Assembly (NCBI GenBank): GCA_035402825.1 | Contig: DAONDZ010000005.1 | Span: 8,276 to 72,275 of the forward strand | Direction of reading: 5' to 3' | DNA from: a bacterium | Lineage (GTDB): Bacteria > Patescibacteriota > Patescibacteriia > Patescibacteriales > UBA12465 | DNA length: 64,000 nucleotides | In this document: piece after piece, positions 40,377 through 49,503 of the stretch | Position numbering within the stretch: position 1 is the first letter of the stretch | Layout of the letters: the number at the start of each line of letters is the position of its first letter | Position numbers and translations under genes: made by a program | Notes under the pieces: generated by a model | Databases searched by the model: none | What the model was told of the DNA's origin: nothing | What the model saw: only the letters and a program-made list of their open reading frames with translations

Positions 40377-40985
40377 TTAAAATATTCTATAACCGGTAAT
40401 TAAGGCAAAGAGGCCATTAATTATCGGTACAATTAATTGATATCCCATAAAAGCAAAAATCAAAACCAGAAGCAAACCATAACGTTCCAAGCTCAAAAAT
40501 TTTTCCTGCCATAGAGGAGGCAAAAAAGCTGCCAATACTTTAGATCCGTCTAAGGGCGGTAAGGGCACCAAGTTAAAAATCATTAGTAAAATATTGATAT
40601 AAACCACTATTCCTAAAAATCCCAGCATATTTTCTCCCAAAAACGGACAAAATCTGATGACTATACCGAATAATAGAGCTAGAATTAGGTTCCCCAAAGG
40701 GCCGGCGATAGCTACTTTAGCCGCTCCCCACTTTTGATCCCGCAAGGCATAGGGGTTGAAAGGAACCGGTTTGGCCCAACCGAAAATAATACCAGTGCCG
40801 GATAAAACCATGAGCAGTGGTATGATAATAGAGCCAAAGAGATCAATATGCGGAATCGGATTAAGGGTTAATCGCCCCAAATCTTTAGCCGTATGGTCTC
40901 CCAGGCGATAAGCCATAAAACCATGCATATATTCATGGATTATGGCGGAAAAGACTAGGACTATAATCTGAAATAATTGAATCAT
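40377..40985 (-). CDS. Site-2 protease (M50)
   Basis: HEYMH, AGPLGN, NLVPLPPLDG; likely start at ATG 40985. Confidence 0.92.
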   Translation of the reverse strand: MIQLFQIIVLVFSAIIHEYMHGFMAYRLGDHTAKDLGRLTLNPIPHIDLFGSIIIPLLMVLSGTGIIFGWAKPVPFNPYALRDQKWGAAKVAIAGPLGNLILALLFGIVIRFCPFLGENMLGFLGIVVYINILLMIFNLVPLPPLDGSKVLAAFLPPLWQEKFLSLERYGLLLVLIFAFMGYQLIVPIINGLFALITGYRIF

Positions 40986-41067
40986 AGAGCTAATTTTATC
41001 ACATCTTGATATTTTTATCAAAGGATGTTATGATAGCCAAAGCTGATAAATAAGAAAAGAAAAAAAT

Positions 41068-41244
41068 ATGGCTAAGAAATGCGATCTGTGCGGCCGGGGC
41101 TCAACTAGAGGTGCTACCCGCTCTCACTCTAAAAGAAAAACTTTAAAACGTCAGAATATCAATCTGCAACCTAAGAATATCGGCGGTATCAAAGTTAAAC
41201 TCTGCACCTCCTGCTTAAGAAGCATGAAGAAGAACGACAAATAA
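41068..41244 (+). CDS. rpmB: 50S ribosomal protein L28
   Basis: Not in the ORF track. MAKKCDLCGRG..RSHSKRKTLKRQNINLQ..LCTSCLR. Confidence 0.93.
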   Translation: MAKKCDLCGRGSTRGATRSHSKRKTLKRQNINLQPKNIGGIKVKLCTSCLRSMKKNDK

Positions 41245-41273
41245 TTATTTTCAATTATTACAAAGAAATCGAG

Positions 41274-42686
41274 TCAAGCTCGATTTTTTTGTTTGTTAAA
41301 AAAATAATAGACTAAAAAGAAACCACTATAAAACAGTCCTGCCCCGCCCCAGTTCCAACGCCAGTCCACAGTAGCCAGCGGCACTCGGGCGATTATCTCC
41401 GCCGCTGAGAAAATATAGAGCAGACCGAAATAGGCCGGCAGAAAAAATATCTTCACAAGTGGCGGCAATAATGCCGCCAGTAATAACCCTCCTAGCAATG
41501 TGGCCATCAGAAATGGAAATATCCACAGCAATAAAATATTAGCCAAGGGCGCTATCACCGAGAAGCGGCCGAAGTTCACAGCTATTAGCGGTGCTGTCAA
41601 AAGCTGAGAGGCGATGGTTAATACAAATACTTCCCAAACTCCTTGAGCCCAACGCTGTTTAGGCCAATTAACAAAATAAGAATTCAGCCAAGGATAAATA
41701 TAAATTAAAGCAATCATTGCCAAATAAGACAGTTGGAACCCCAAGTCGGCGGTCAGCCACAATGGATTAATGAGGAGCATGAAAGCCGCCGAAAAAATTA
41801 AGAGCCAAGTCCCATTCTGTTTTCCCTTTTGACTCATAATCACTAAAGCCAAAATACCCATCACCAATGATCTTAAAGCCGCGGCCGAAGAGCCGGTTAG
41901 CAGAACATAGAAGGACAAAAAACTGATGGTTAAAATTAATTTGGGTCGGCGAAAAAATATTCCCATTATCTTCTGCCAAATCATGGCCATGATAGTAATG
42001 TGGGTACCGGAAATAGCAATCATGTGACTAACACCAATTTCCGAAAACAAATCTAAATATTCCCGACTGACCGTATTCTTGTATCCTAAGATTAAAGCAT
42101 TAGCCAGACCCGCCTCCGGCTCCGGCATTGATTTATCAATTATCTTTTTTAAATTATCTTTGAGGCGAAATAAGACCGAAAAGAATCCTCTCTTCTCCTC
42201 AGCCACTTTCTCCAAGCTGGGCTGGCGAGAAATTAAATATATTCCTTGTTTAGCTAAATAGCGGTCATAGCGAAAACCATCAATTTCTCCCGGCCGCTCT
42301 ATCTTTCCCCGGAAATTAACCTGGTCGCCATAATAATACGGCGGATATAATCCCACCGTGGCCAATACCTTTTGCTTAGCAAAGCAAAGCACTAATTTTT
42401 GTTGATCCAATCTCAAATCCGGTTCAGCGCAAATAGTAGCGGCAAATTCATACTTCCCCGGTTGAAAATCAGGCGGCATGGGAATTAAACTAATTCGCAT
42501 TATTCCCAAAATATAAGCCAAGCTCATCAGCCAAAACTTTGTCTTTGTTCGCCAACAATATAACACCAAAAATAACAATCCGATTAGAGCGACAACATTA
42601 TTAAAAACCAGGGCTAAAGATAGTCCTAAAATAAAACTCAAAAACATCAATTGTAATTTTTGATTACCAAATAGTAGAAAGCGCAT
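41274..42686 (-). CDS. comEC: ComEC/Rec2 competence membrane protein (no beta-lactamase domain)
   Basis: SHMIAISGTH, ALRS, GFQLSY, PLANI. Confidence 0.92.
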   Translation of the reverse strand: MRFLLFGNQKLQLMFLSFILGLSLALVFNNVVALIGLLFLVLYCWRTKTKFWLMSLAYILGIMRISLIPMPPDFQPGKYEFAATICAEPDLRLDQQKLVLCFAKQKVLATVGLYPPYYYGDQVNFRGKIERPGEIDGFRYDRYLAKQGIYLISRQPSLEKVAEEKRGFFSVLFRLKDNLKKIIDKSMPEPEAGLANALILGYKNTVSREYLDLFSEIGVSHMIAISGTHITIMAMIWQKIMGIFFRRPKLILTISFLSFYVLLTGSSAAALRSLVMGILALVIMSQKGKQNGTWLLIFSAAFMLLINPLWLTADLGFQLSYLAMIALIYIYPWLNSYFVNWPKQRWAQGVWEVFVLTIASQLLTAPLIAVNFGRFSVIAPLANILLLWIFPFLMATLLGGLLLAALLPPLVKIFFLPAYFGLLYIFSAAEIIARVPLATVDWRWNWGGAGLFYSGFFLVYYFFNKQKNRA

Positions 42687-42788
42687 TGTCTAATCATAAC
42701 AAGGCGGTGATGAAGAAAGGATAAAGAGTAGTTGACAAGCGCCGGATAATGAAGGAAAATAACCATAGGACCTTTAAACCCTTGAAAA

Positions 42789-43226
42789 ATGGCTAACAAT
42801 ACAGAAAGTGATTGGCGAGACCAGCTTTCTCTGGCCAATCAAGAGCTAGGCGATGCGCCGGATGATTTCAACACCATCAATCGGGAATCATTAGATTATA
42901 TCAAGAAAATGATTACCTGGGCGCAAAACATTAGGCTTCCCTTGCGTCATGTCTGGGAAGAAGCCCGGGACAGAGAGGATTATATTATGATGGACAAGAT
43001 TCAAGATGCCTTTCAACCCTCATTTGAAATTCGTTTCTTCCTGGACAGAATTACTGTTGAGATTAATCAAGCCGAAGCCAATTTAGTAATTAACGACTTA
43101 AATTGGGATGACTACCCTATTCTCTCAGAATTAGTCGTATCGGTAATGAACGCTAGCCAACTAATCAATGAAATTCTTTATGATTTGGGTAGAGCAACTC
43201 TCAGAGTTTTCTACTTTAGAAATTAA
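42789..43226 (+). CDS. Hypothetical protein
   Basis: 145-aa acidic helical ORF followed by terminator AAAATCCCT..AGGGATTTT. Confidence 0.6.
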   Translation: MANNTESDWRDQLSLANQELGDAPDDFNTINRESLDYIKKMITWAQNIRLPLRHVWEEARDREDYIMMDKIQDAFQPSFEIRFFLDRITVEINQAEANLVINDLNWDDYPILSELVVSVMNASQLINEILYDLGRATLRVFYFRN

Positions 43227-43301
43227 AAAAATCCCTCAACCAAGGGATTTTTTATTTGTTAAAAAATAATATAATTATCTGGCAGTATAGCACGAAAAAA
43301 A

Positions 43302-44393
43302 TTATTTAATAAACCGTAAATAGGCTTCGCTGAATTTTTCTAAGTTACCGTCTAAAACCGAATTGATATCTGTTTCTTCATAATCGCTGCGGTGGTCTTT
43401 CACTAACTGATAAGGCTGCATGACATAAGATCTAATCTGCTTGCCCCATTCAGCCACTTTTACATCTCCTTTTAATTTCTTTTCTTCTTTGTTTTTCTTC
43501 TCTTCTTCTAGATGTTTTAGTTTAGCCCGCAAAACCCGCAAAGCAATTTCCCGATTCTGGAGCTGGGATCTTTCGCTCTGGCAAGTTATGGAAATCTTAG
43601 TCGGCAAATGGATTAATCGCACCGCCGAAGCAGTTTTGTTGACATTTTGTCCACCCGGACCGGAAGAGTGATAGAACTCCCATTTTAAATCTTCGTCTCT
43701 GATCTCCACCGATTCGCTTTCCGGCAATTCCGGAATAACCTCCACTAAAGCAAAAGAGGTGTGGCGCATAGACTCGGCATCAAAGGGTGAGATTCGCACC
43801 AAGCGATGGACACCGTTTTCGCTCTTGAAATAGCCATAGGCGAAATGTCCGCTCACTCGAAAAGAAACGCTCTTGATACCCGCTTCCTGCCCTTCCAGAC
43901 GGTCAATTATCTCTGCCTTAAACCCCAGCTTCTCACTATAGCGATAGTACATTCTTTCTAATATTTGCGCCCAATCTTGCGCATCCACTCCGCCCACGCC
44001 GGCATGGATAGAAACAATGGCATTGCTCGCATCATATTTCTCGGAGAATAATAACAAAAACTCTAAATCAGAAAATTGGGCTAATAGATCTAAATATCTC
44101 TTTTCCACTTCTTCATTTAAATCCTTCTCCCCTTCTTTGTCCGCCAAAGCTGCCAATTCTTCCAACTCTCTAATTTCTTTAGATAAAGACTGCCATTTCA
44201 ACAATTCCTTTTCCAGGCCCTCAGCCTGACGAGAAATATCCGCCGCCTTTCTCTGATCATTCCAAAAATCCGGCCGACTCATTTCCCGCTTCAATTCCCG
44301 AGCTTCGCTTTCCATTTGCGGCAAGTCTAAAAGAGCCTCGGCTCGCGTCAGTCTTTCTCGTAATTCTTCAATTTTCTTAATCAAATTTTCCAT
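43302..44393 (-). CDS. prfB: Peptide chain release factor 2
   Basis: SPF and GGQ motifs; continuous ORF. Confidence 0.97.
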   Translation of the reverse strand: MENLIKKIEELRERLTRAEALLDLPQMESEARELKREMSRPDFWNDQRKAADISRQAEGLEKELLKWQSLSKEIRELEELAALADKEGEKDLNEEVEKRYLDLLAQFSDLEFLLLFSEKYDASNAIVSIHAGVGGVDAQDWAQILERMYYRYSEKLGFKAEIIDRLEGQEAGIKSVSFRVSGHFAYGYFKSENGVHRLVRISPFDAESMRHTSFALVEVIPELPESESVEIRDEDLKWEFYHSSGPGGQNVNKTASAVRLIHLPTKISITCQSERSQLQNREIALRVLRAKLKHLEEEKKNKEEKKLKGDVKVAEWGKQIRSYVMQPYQLVKDHRSDYEETDINSVLDGNLEKFSEAYLRFIK

Positions 44394-44459
44394 ATTATTA
44401 TCATACCAAACTTTCCCCCAAATACAAAACCCGCGATTTTTCGCGGGTTTTAAAGAGTA

Positions 44460-45089
44460 TTAAACTCTGAAGGCTTCCCTGAATTTAATCTTTTCATCTC
44501 TCATTAGAGTCATCCATTCTATTTTTGGCGAGATTATAGAAATATATTTATCCATTTCTTGGCAAATACTTTCTCTCAAATTATACCGAACCTCGCTACT
44601 GCACTGATCCAAGCGAACAAAATGATTTTCTAATATCCCAATAGCATTGGACAGTTCATCATTCTCTTCAATTTTAATTTTCATGAGGTGAACATAGAGC
44701 AAGCCGACTTTATACGAACCAGCCCCAATTAGGGCTTGGAAGATAAAGCTCCAATAAGCGTCTTTCCGGGTATTGGCATAGCATGATTTTAAATCCATTC
44801 CCAGCTCCTCTAAGCAGTGAGCCTGCATTTCTTCATCAGTTCCAGGACCAAACAGGTTTGCTTGCAATTGTGCAGCAATATCGTCCTTAAACTCAATTAG
44901 AAAAGATGTCGGCGCCTCAGACAAGGTGCCCAGGAAATCCCAACAGTCATCCTGAGTAGAATCTGAAACCAAACGGATGTCTTGGCAAAACTTAAATTTC
45001 CGTCTAATCCTTTTGATGTACAAAAGAAAGGATAGAATTATTCCCAAATGAATAATCAAAAACAAAATAGCAGCAATATATGTTTCCAT
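44460..45089 (-). CDS. Hypothetical protein with N-terminal TM helix
   Basis: 209-aa ORF with its own TTGACA-17-TAATAT promoter (45147-45119) and flanking terminators. Confidence 0.65.
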   Translation of the reverse strand: METYIAAILFLIIHLGIILSFLLYIKRIRRKFKFCQDIRLVSDSTQDDCWDFLGTLSEAPTSFLIEFKDDIAAQLQANLFGPGTDEEMQAHCLEELGMDLKSCYANTRKDAYWSFIFQALIGAGSYKVGLLYVHLMKIKIEENDELSNAIGILENHFVRLDQCSSEVRYNLRESICQEMDKYISIISPKIEWMTLMRDEKIKFREAFRV

Positions 45090-45204
45090 GATAAAGGGTT
45101 TTAATGAACATTCCGTCTATATTAAAACAAAATACTTGAAATGTCAACTAACACAAAACCCGCCAGATAAGCGGGTTTTGAAATATATAAACGGAATAGA
45201 TAAA

Positions 45205-45684
45205 TTAACGTTTGGACCATTGCGGAGCACGGCGAGCTTTGCGCAAGCCAGGCTTCTTTCTTTCCACTTCTCTCGGGTCGCGAGTCAAATAATCGGCAGC
45301 TTTTAAAGCCGGCTTTAAGTTTTCGTCAATCTTCAACAAAGCGCGAGCCACACCTAAACGGATAGCTTCGGCTTGGCCATTCTTGCCTCCACCATGAACG
45401 ACAGCAGAAACGCTCAAATTGCGGTTCTGGCCGGTCAATTTCAAAGGTTGGGTAATCAAATTGGCCTGATCTTCAGAAAAATACTTAGTCGGTTTCTGGT
45501 TATTTACCACCACGCCTCCCTTGCCTTCTAAATATAGTCTAACGCGAGCAGTGGCAGTCTTGCGACGACCAATAGCGGCGATATATTTACCGGCAAACTC
45601 GTTAGCCTCCTTTACTTCCTTTTCCTTAACAACCTTTTTCGGAGCGGCTTTAACGGTGGTAGTTTTCTTTACTTTTTCTGCCAT
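45205..45684 (-). CDS. rpsI: 30S ribosomal protein S9
   Basis: GRRKTATARV, ERKKPG..ARRAPQWSKR. Confidence 0.98.
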   Translation of the reverse strand: MAEKVKKTTTVKAAPKKVVKEKEVKEANEFAGKYIAAIGRRKTATARVRLYLEGKGGVVVNNQKPTKYFSEDQANLITQPLKLTGQNRNLSVSAVVHGGGKNGQAEAIRLGVARALLKIDENLKPALKAADYLTRDPREVERKKPGLRKARRAPQWSKR

Positions 45685-45697
45685 ATAATTTAGTGCT

Positions 45698-46069
45698 TTA
45701 CTTAATAATTAAACGCTTCATCATGGCCGGGCGTAACTTGGTAGGCGGCAGCATCTGTTTGACAGCGCGCTGTAATACTTCCGCCGGCTTGGTCTTCATG
45801 ACCACCGACAATTTCTTGCGCTTCAAACCGCCTAAATAGCCAGAATAGCTTTTATATTCTTTCTGCTCTAACTTCTTACCGGTAAACTTCATCAATTTCA
45901 CATTCTTGACTTCCACGATGTCGCCGGCATCAATATGCGGCAAATAGCTAGCTTTGTTCTTGCCACGTAATAAAATGGCAATTTGGGTAGCTAAACGACC
46001 AGCGGCCTGTCCTTCGGCATCTAAATGATGAATAGCTCTCTTGATTGGTTGTGCTTTTTTATCAGCCAT
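45698..46069 (-). CDS. rplM: 50S ribosomal protein L13
   Basis: GRLATQIA..LRGKNK, SGYLGG. Confidence 0.96.
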   Translation of the reverse strand: MADKKAQPIKRAIHHLDAEGQAAGRLATQIAILLRGKNKASYLPHIDAGDIVEVKNVKLMKFTGKKLEQKEYKSYSGYLGGLKRKKLSVVMKTKPAEVLQRAVKQMLPPTKLRPAMMKRLIIK

Positions 46070-46075
46070 ATAATT

Positions 46076-46426
46076 TTATACTAATTCAATTTGAACCATA
46101 TTAGCCCCATCACCTTGGCGGAAACCTAATTTAACGATACGGGTATAGCCTCCTTGGCGATCTTGATAGCGGGCGCCTAAAACTTCCATTGATTTTTTAA
46201 CAGCATTTTTCTGTAAAAGCACCTGAATCAATCTCCGGCGAGAATTTAAATTGCCGGTCTTAGCGATAGTAATTAATCTTTCCACTATCGGTCTCACCAC
46301 CTTAGCCTTAGCTTCGGTAGTTTTCACTTTTTCATACAAAATCACGCTGGAAGCCAAATTCCGGAGCATTAATTCCCGAGAGGCCTTGTCGCGATCTAAA
46401 ATTTTTCCTTTATTAGCGTGTCTCAT
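46076..46426 (-). CDS. rplQ: 50S ribosomal protein L17
   Basis: MRH, TTEAKAK, GGYTRI. Confidence 0.97.
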   Translation of the reverse strand: MRHANKGKILDRDKASRELMLRNLASSVILYEKVKTTEAKAKVVRPIVERLITIAKTGNLNSRRRLIQVLLQKNAVKKSMEVLGARYQDRQGGYTRIVKLGFRQGDGANMVQIELV

Positions 46427-46445
46427 ATAAATGGATATTTAAAAC

Positions 46446-47231
46446 TTATTTTTTCTTCTTGGTTTTGGGTTTTTCTTCAGTCTCAACAACTTCTTCTTCG
46501 GCGGCTACTTCAGCTACCGGTTCTTCCACTGCTTCCACTTCTAAAGCGCCGGGTAATAAAGCGTTGAATTGATCAATTAAGACCTCAACTGATTTATTAA
46601 AAGCTTCTTCAAAAGTAATAGTACCATCAGTTTTGACCTTCAAGATCAATTTATCCCAGTTAGTCATTTTACCGACGCGGACATTTTCATTTTCAATGGA
46701 AACAGACAAAATCGGAGAGAAGATAGCATCCACTTCAATGAATCCTAATTCTCCCTTGCCCTTTTCACTGGTATCGGATAATTGATAGCCGCGGCCTGGT
46801 TTGGCATAAATTTCCATTTCTAAATTGCCGGCCGGATCGGTAATCTGAGCTAAAACTAGATCAGGATTAACGACTTCTACTTGGCTATTCTTAGCTATAT
46901 CAGCGGCGGTGACGATTTTCTTACCAGAAACTGACAAATCTAATTTCACTTCCTCTTCACCGTGAATTTTCAAACGCAATTGCTTCAAATTTAAAATAAT
47001 CTCCAAAATGTCTTCTTTGATATTCTCCAAAGCCATGAATTCATGACTAGCTCCCTTGATTTTGACACCGGTAACGGCTGCTCCCGGCAAGGAAGACAAA
47101 AGCACGCGGCGCAAAGAGTTGCCCAAAGTCATACCATAGCCAGGAAACAAAGGCTCGATGATAATGTTACCTTCGTTTAACTCGGTTCCAGCTTGGAATT
47201 CAATTTTTTTAGGCAGAGCGATTTTTTCCAT
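46446..47231 (-). CDS. rpoA: RNA polymerase alpha subunit lacking a recognisable CTD
   Basis: EPLFPGYGMTLGNSLRRVLLSS, DAIFSP; 261 aa ending in an acidic/Lys tail. Confidence 0.95.
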   Translation of the reverse strand: MEKIALPKKIEFQAGTELNEGNIIIEPLFPGYGMTLGNSLRRVLLSSLPGAAVTGVKIKGASHEFMALENIKEDILEIILNLKQLRLKIHGEEEVKLDLSVSGKKIVTAADIAKNSQVEVVNPDLVLAQITDPAGNLEMEIYAKPGRGYQLSDTSEKGKGELGFIEVDAIFSPILSVSIENENVRVGKMTNWDKLILKVKTDGTITFEEAFNKSVEVLIDQFNALLPGALEVEAVEEPVAEVAAEEEVVETEEKPKTKKKK

Positions 47232-47263
47232 AATTTTATTATGAGAGTTATTATGAGAAATTT

Positions 47264-47893
47264 TTATTTGGAGTAGAACTCAATAATCATCTGGACATTG
47301 ATATGCTGAGGCATATCGTCCTTCTTCGGTTCATGTAAAACCTTGGCGCTCAAATCTTCAGCGTTAAAATTAACCCAGCTCGGCAAATTCACGTTCTTCA
47401 AGCGTTCGGTTAGATCTCTGAAGAATTTGCTCTTAACGCTAGTTTTCTTAATTTTGATAATATCGCCGGTTTTAACATTAAATGAAGGGATATCAACCTT
47501 ACGGCCGTTCACGGTAAAATGACCGTGGTTAACCAACTGCCTGGCCTGAGAGTGAGAAGTAGCCCAACCCAAACGACAGATAGTATTGTCTAAACGCATT
47601 TCTAACAATTTTAGGAAGTTATAACCGGTATCGCCAGTCTGATTCTTAGCCTTATCAAAAGTCAAACGGAATTGGCTTTCCATTAGATGATACATCTTTT
47701 TAGCCTTTTGTTTTTCCGCCAATTGAGCTCCATAGTCGCTACCTCTCTTTTTGCCCTTCGGACCATGAATACCAGGAGCGTAGTTGCGTTTTAAAATAGC
47801 GCACTTAGCACTAGTACAGCGCTCGCCTTTTAAAAGCAGTTTTTCGCCCAGACGGCGGCATTGTTTGCATTTCGGAGATAAATTTCTTCCCAT
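47264..47893 (-). CDS. rpsD: 30S ribosomal protein S4
   Basis: CKQCRR, LEMRLDN, ARQLVNHGH, EFYSK. Confidence 0.97.
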   Translation of the reverse strand: MGRNLSPKCKQCRRLGEKLLLKGERCTSAKCAILKRNYAPGIHGPKGKKRGSDYGAQLAEKQKAKKMYHLMESQFRLTFDKAKNQTGDTGYNFLKLLEMRLDNTICRLGWATSHSQARQLVNHGHFTVNGRKVDIPSFNVKTGDIIKIKKTSVKSKFFRDLTERLKNVNLPSWVNFNAEDLSAKVLHEPKKDDMPQHINVQMIIEFYSK

Positions 47894-47916
47894 ATAAACA
47901 AAATAATTAGATTAAA

Positions 47917-48510
47917 TTAAACACGTCTCGGTTTCTTCGGGCGGCAACCATTATGAGGAATCGGAGTGGTATCTTTAATGGCGGCTACATTCAAGCCGTT
48001 GGCATTCAAAGCTCTGATAGCCGCTTCGCGGCCGGTACCGACGCCAGAAACAAAAACTTTAACTTCTTCTAAACCGAATTCTTCCTTAGCCTTCTGAACA
48101 GCAATTTTAGTAATGATCTGAGCGGCATACGGGGTAGCTTTCTTGGCGCCTTTGAAACCGGCCATACCGGCGCTAGCCCAAGAAATAACATCGCCGTTAT
48201 TGTCGGTCAAAGTCATGATGGTGTTATTATAAGTGGCATTAATATAAGCCTTGCCGGATTTAACGGTCTTGGCCACTTTCTTCTTTTTCTTTTTGATAAT
48301 TTTCTTTTTGGCACGAGCAGCTTTGTTCTTTTCTAGTTTTTCCTTAATTTCAGCCGGCAATTCTTCGCTCTCAGACATCAAGCTATTAACTGCAGCTTCA
48401 TCGTTGTCTTCAAAGTCATCAACCAAAACTTCCGGGGCGGTTGCCTCGTCCATTGAATCTTTGGCCTGTTCAGCCATTTTTTCTTCTTCAATTTGCTTTT
48501 CTTCTGCCAT
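47917..48510 (-). CDS. rpsK: 30S ribosomal protein S11 with long N-terminal extension
   Basis: TYNNTI, KATPYAA, PHNGCRP; start at ATG 48510. Confidence 0.96.
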   Translation of the reverse strand: MAEEKQIEEEKMAEQAKDSMDEATAPEVLVDDFEDNDEAAVNSLMSESEELPAEIKEKLEKNKAARAKKKIIKKKKKKVAKTVKSGKAYINATYNNTIMTLTDNNGDVISWASAGMAGFKGAKKATPYAAQIITKIAVQKAKEEFGLEEVKVFVSGVGTGREAAIRALNANGLNVAAIKDTTPIPHNGCRPKKPRRV

Positions 48511-48534
48511 ATATAACAAATTAATTATTGAATA

Positions 48535-48927
48535 TTAGGTCTTCTGAGCTGCTTTAGCCCGGCCGGAACCCATGGTTAGACGCTTATTACCTCTAACGGT
48601 ACGGCTGTTAGTCTTGGTTCTCTGTCCTCTAACCGGCAAATGACGGTTATGGCGCACGCCGCGGAAAGAATTGATTTCCTTCAAGCGCTTCACATTGCTA
48701 GCCACTTCTCGGCGCAAATCGCCTTCCACGACATATTGCTTTTCAATCATTTCTCGGATACGGTTGGCATCCTCTTCTTTTAAATCTTTAACTCTGATGC
48801 TCGGATCAATCTTGGCCTTTTCCAAAATTGCCTTACTCTGAGTCGGGCCAATGCCATAAATATAAGTCAAAGCTGTTTCGACTCTTTTTTCATTAGGGAT
48901 ATTAACACCGGCTATTCTGACTGCCAT
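48535..48927 (-). CDS. rpsM: 30S ribosomal protein S13
   Basis: [16 protein letters not shown]. Confidence 0.98.
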   Translation of the reverse strand: MAVRIAGVNIPNEKRVETALTYIYGIGPTQSKAILEKAKIDPSIRVKDLKEEDANRIREMIEKQYVVEGDLRREVASNVKRLKEINSFRGVRHNRHLPVRGQRTKTNSRTVRGNKRLTMGSGRAKAAQKT

Positions 48928-48952
48928 AGAATTATGTAAAAATTAAAAATTA

Positions 48953-49066
48953 TTAACCCTGTCTCTGCTTGTGCTTAGGATTTTTGCAGATAACATAAAC
49001 TCGGCCCTTGCGGCGGACAACTTTGCAATCTTTACAGATTTTTTTAGCACTAGCTCTAACTTTCAT
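48953..49066 (-). CDS. rpmJ: 50S ribosomal protein L36
   Basis: Not in the ORF track. [37 protein letters not shown]. Confidence 0.97.
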   Translation of the reverse strand: MKVRASAKKICKDCKVVRRKGRVYVICKNPKHKQRQG

Positions 49067-49101
49067 ATAAAATTAAGTAAAAAATAAATTAAGCTTAGCA
49101 A

Positions 49102-49341
49102 TTAGAGGCGATAAGTCACCCGTCCTTTGGTCAAGTCATAAGGGCTCATTTCCACCCTTACCTTGTCTCCCGGCAGCAACTTAATTTTATTCATCCGCAT
49201 CTTGCCAGATAAATGAGCCAATATTTCATGACCGCTGTCCAAAGCCACTTTGAAAGTGGCGGACGGCATCAGTTCTAAAACCTCGCCTTCGGTTTCAATG
49301 AAATTCTTAGAATCAATGTTTTGATTGTCACCTTTAGACAT
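49102..49341 (-). CDS. infA: Translation initiation factor IF-1
   Basis: [17 protein letters not shown]; likely start at ATG 49341. Confidence 0.96.
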   Translation of the reverse strand: MSKGDNQNIDSKNFIETEGEVLELMPSATFKVALDSGHEILAHLSGKMRMNKIKLLPGDKVRVEMSPYDLTKGRVTYRL

Positions 49342-49453
49342 TAAAGCAAAAAAAATTGATAAAGACTTAAAAAGCATAGGCTAGCTATGCCCTCAGCCTT
49401 ATCAAATATCTAAAAAATAAAATCTTCTGATACAAATTTCTAATAATGCCTTC

Positions 49454-49486
49454 ATTATAACCAAGCCCCCTATTCTTGTCAAGGGG
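49454..49486 (-). promoter_or_regulatory. Consensus sigma70 promoter of the infA-alpha operon, with CCCCT-N10-AGGGG over the -35
   Basis: TTGACA-17 bp-TATAAT. Confidence 0.85.
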
Positions 49487-49503
49487 AAAAGTCGGGTTTT
49501 AGG

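Noticed and set aside
10477-48538. Many plus-strand ORFs opposite rpoD, ribosomal proteins, fusA and tuf
   Set aside because: Antisense shadows of conserved genes with no recognisable motifs
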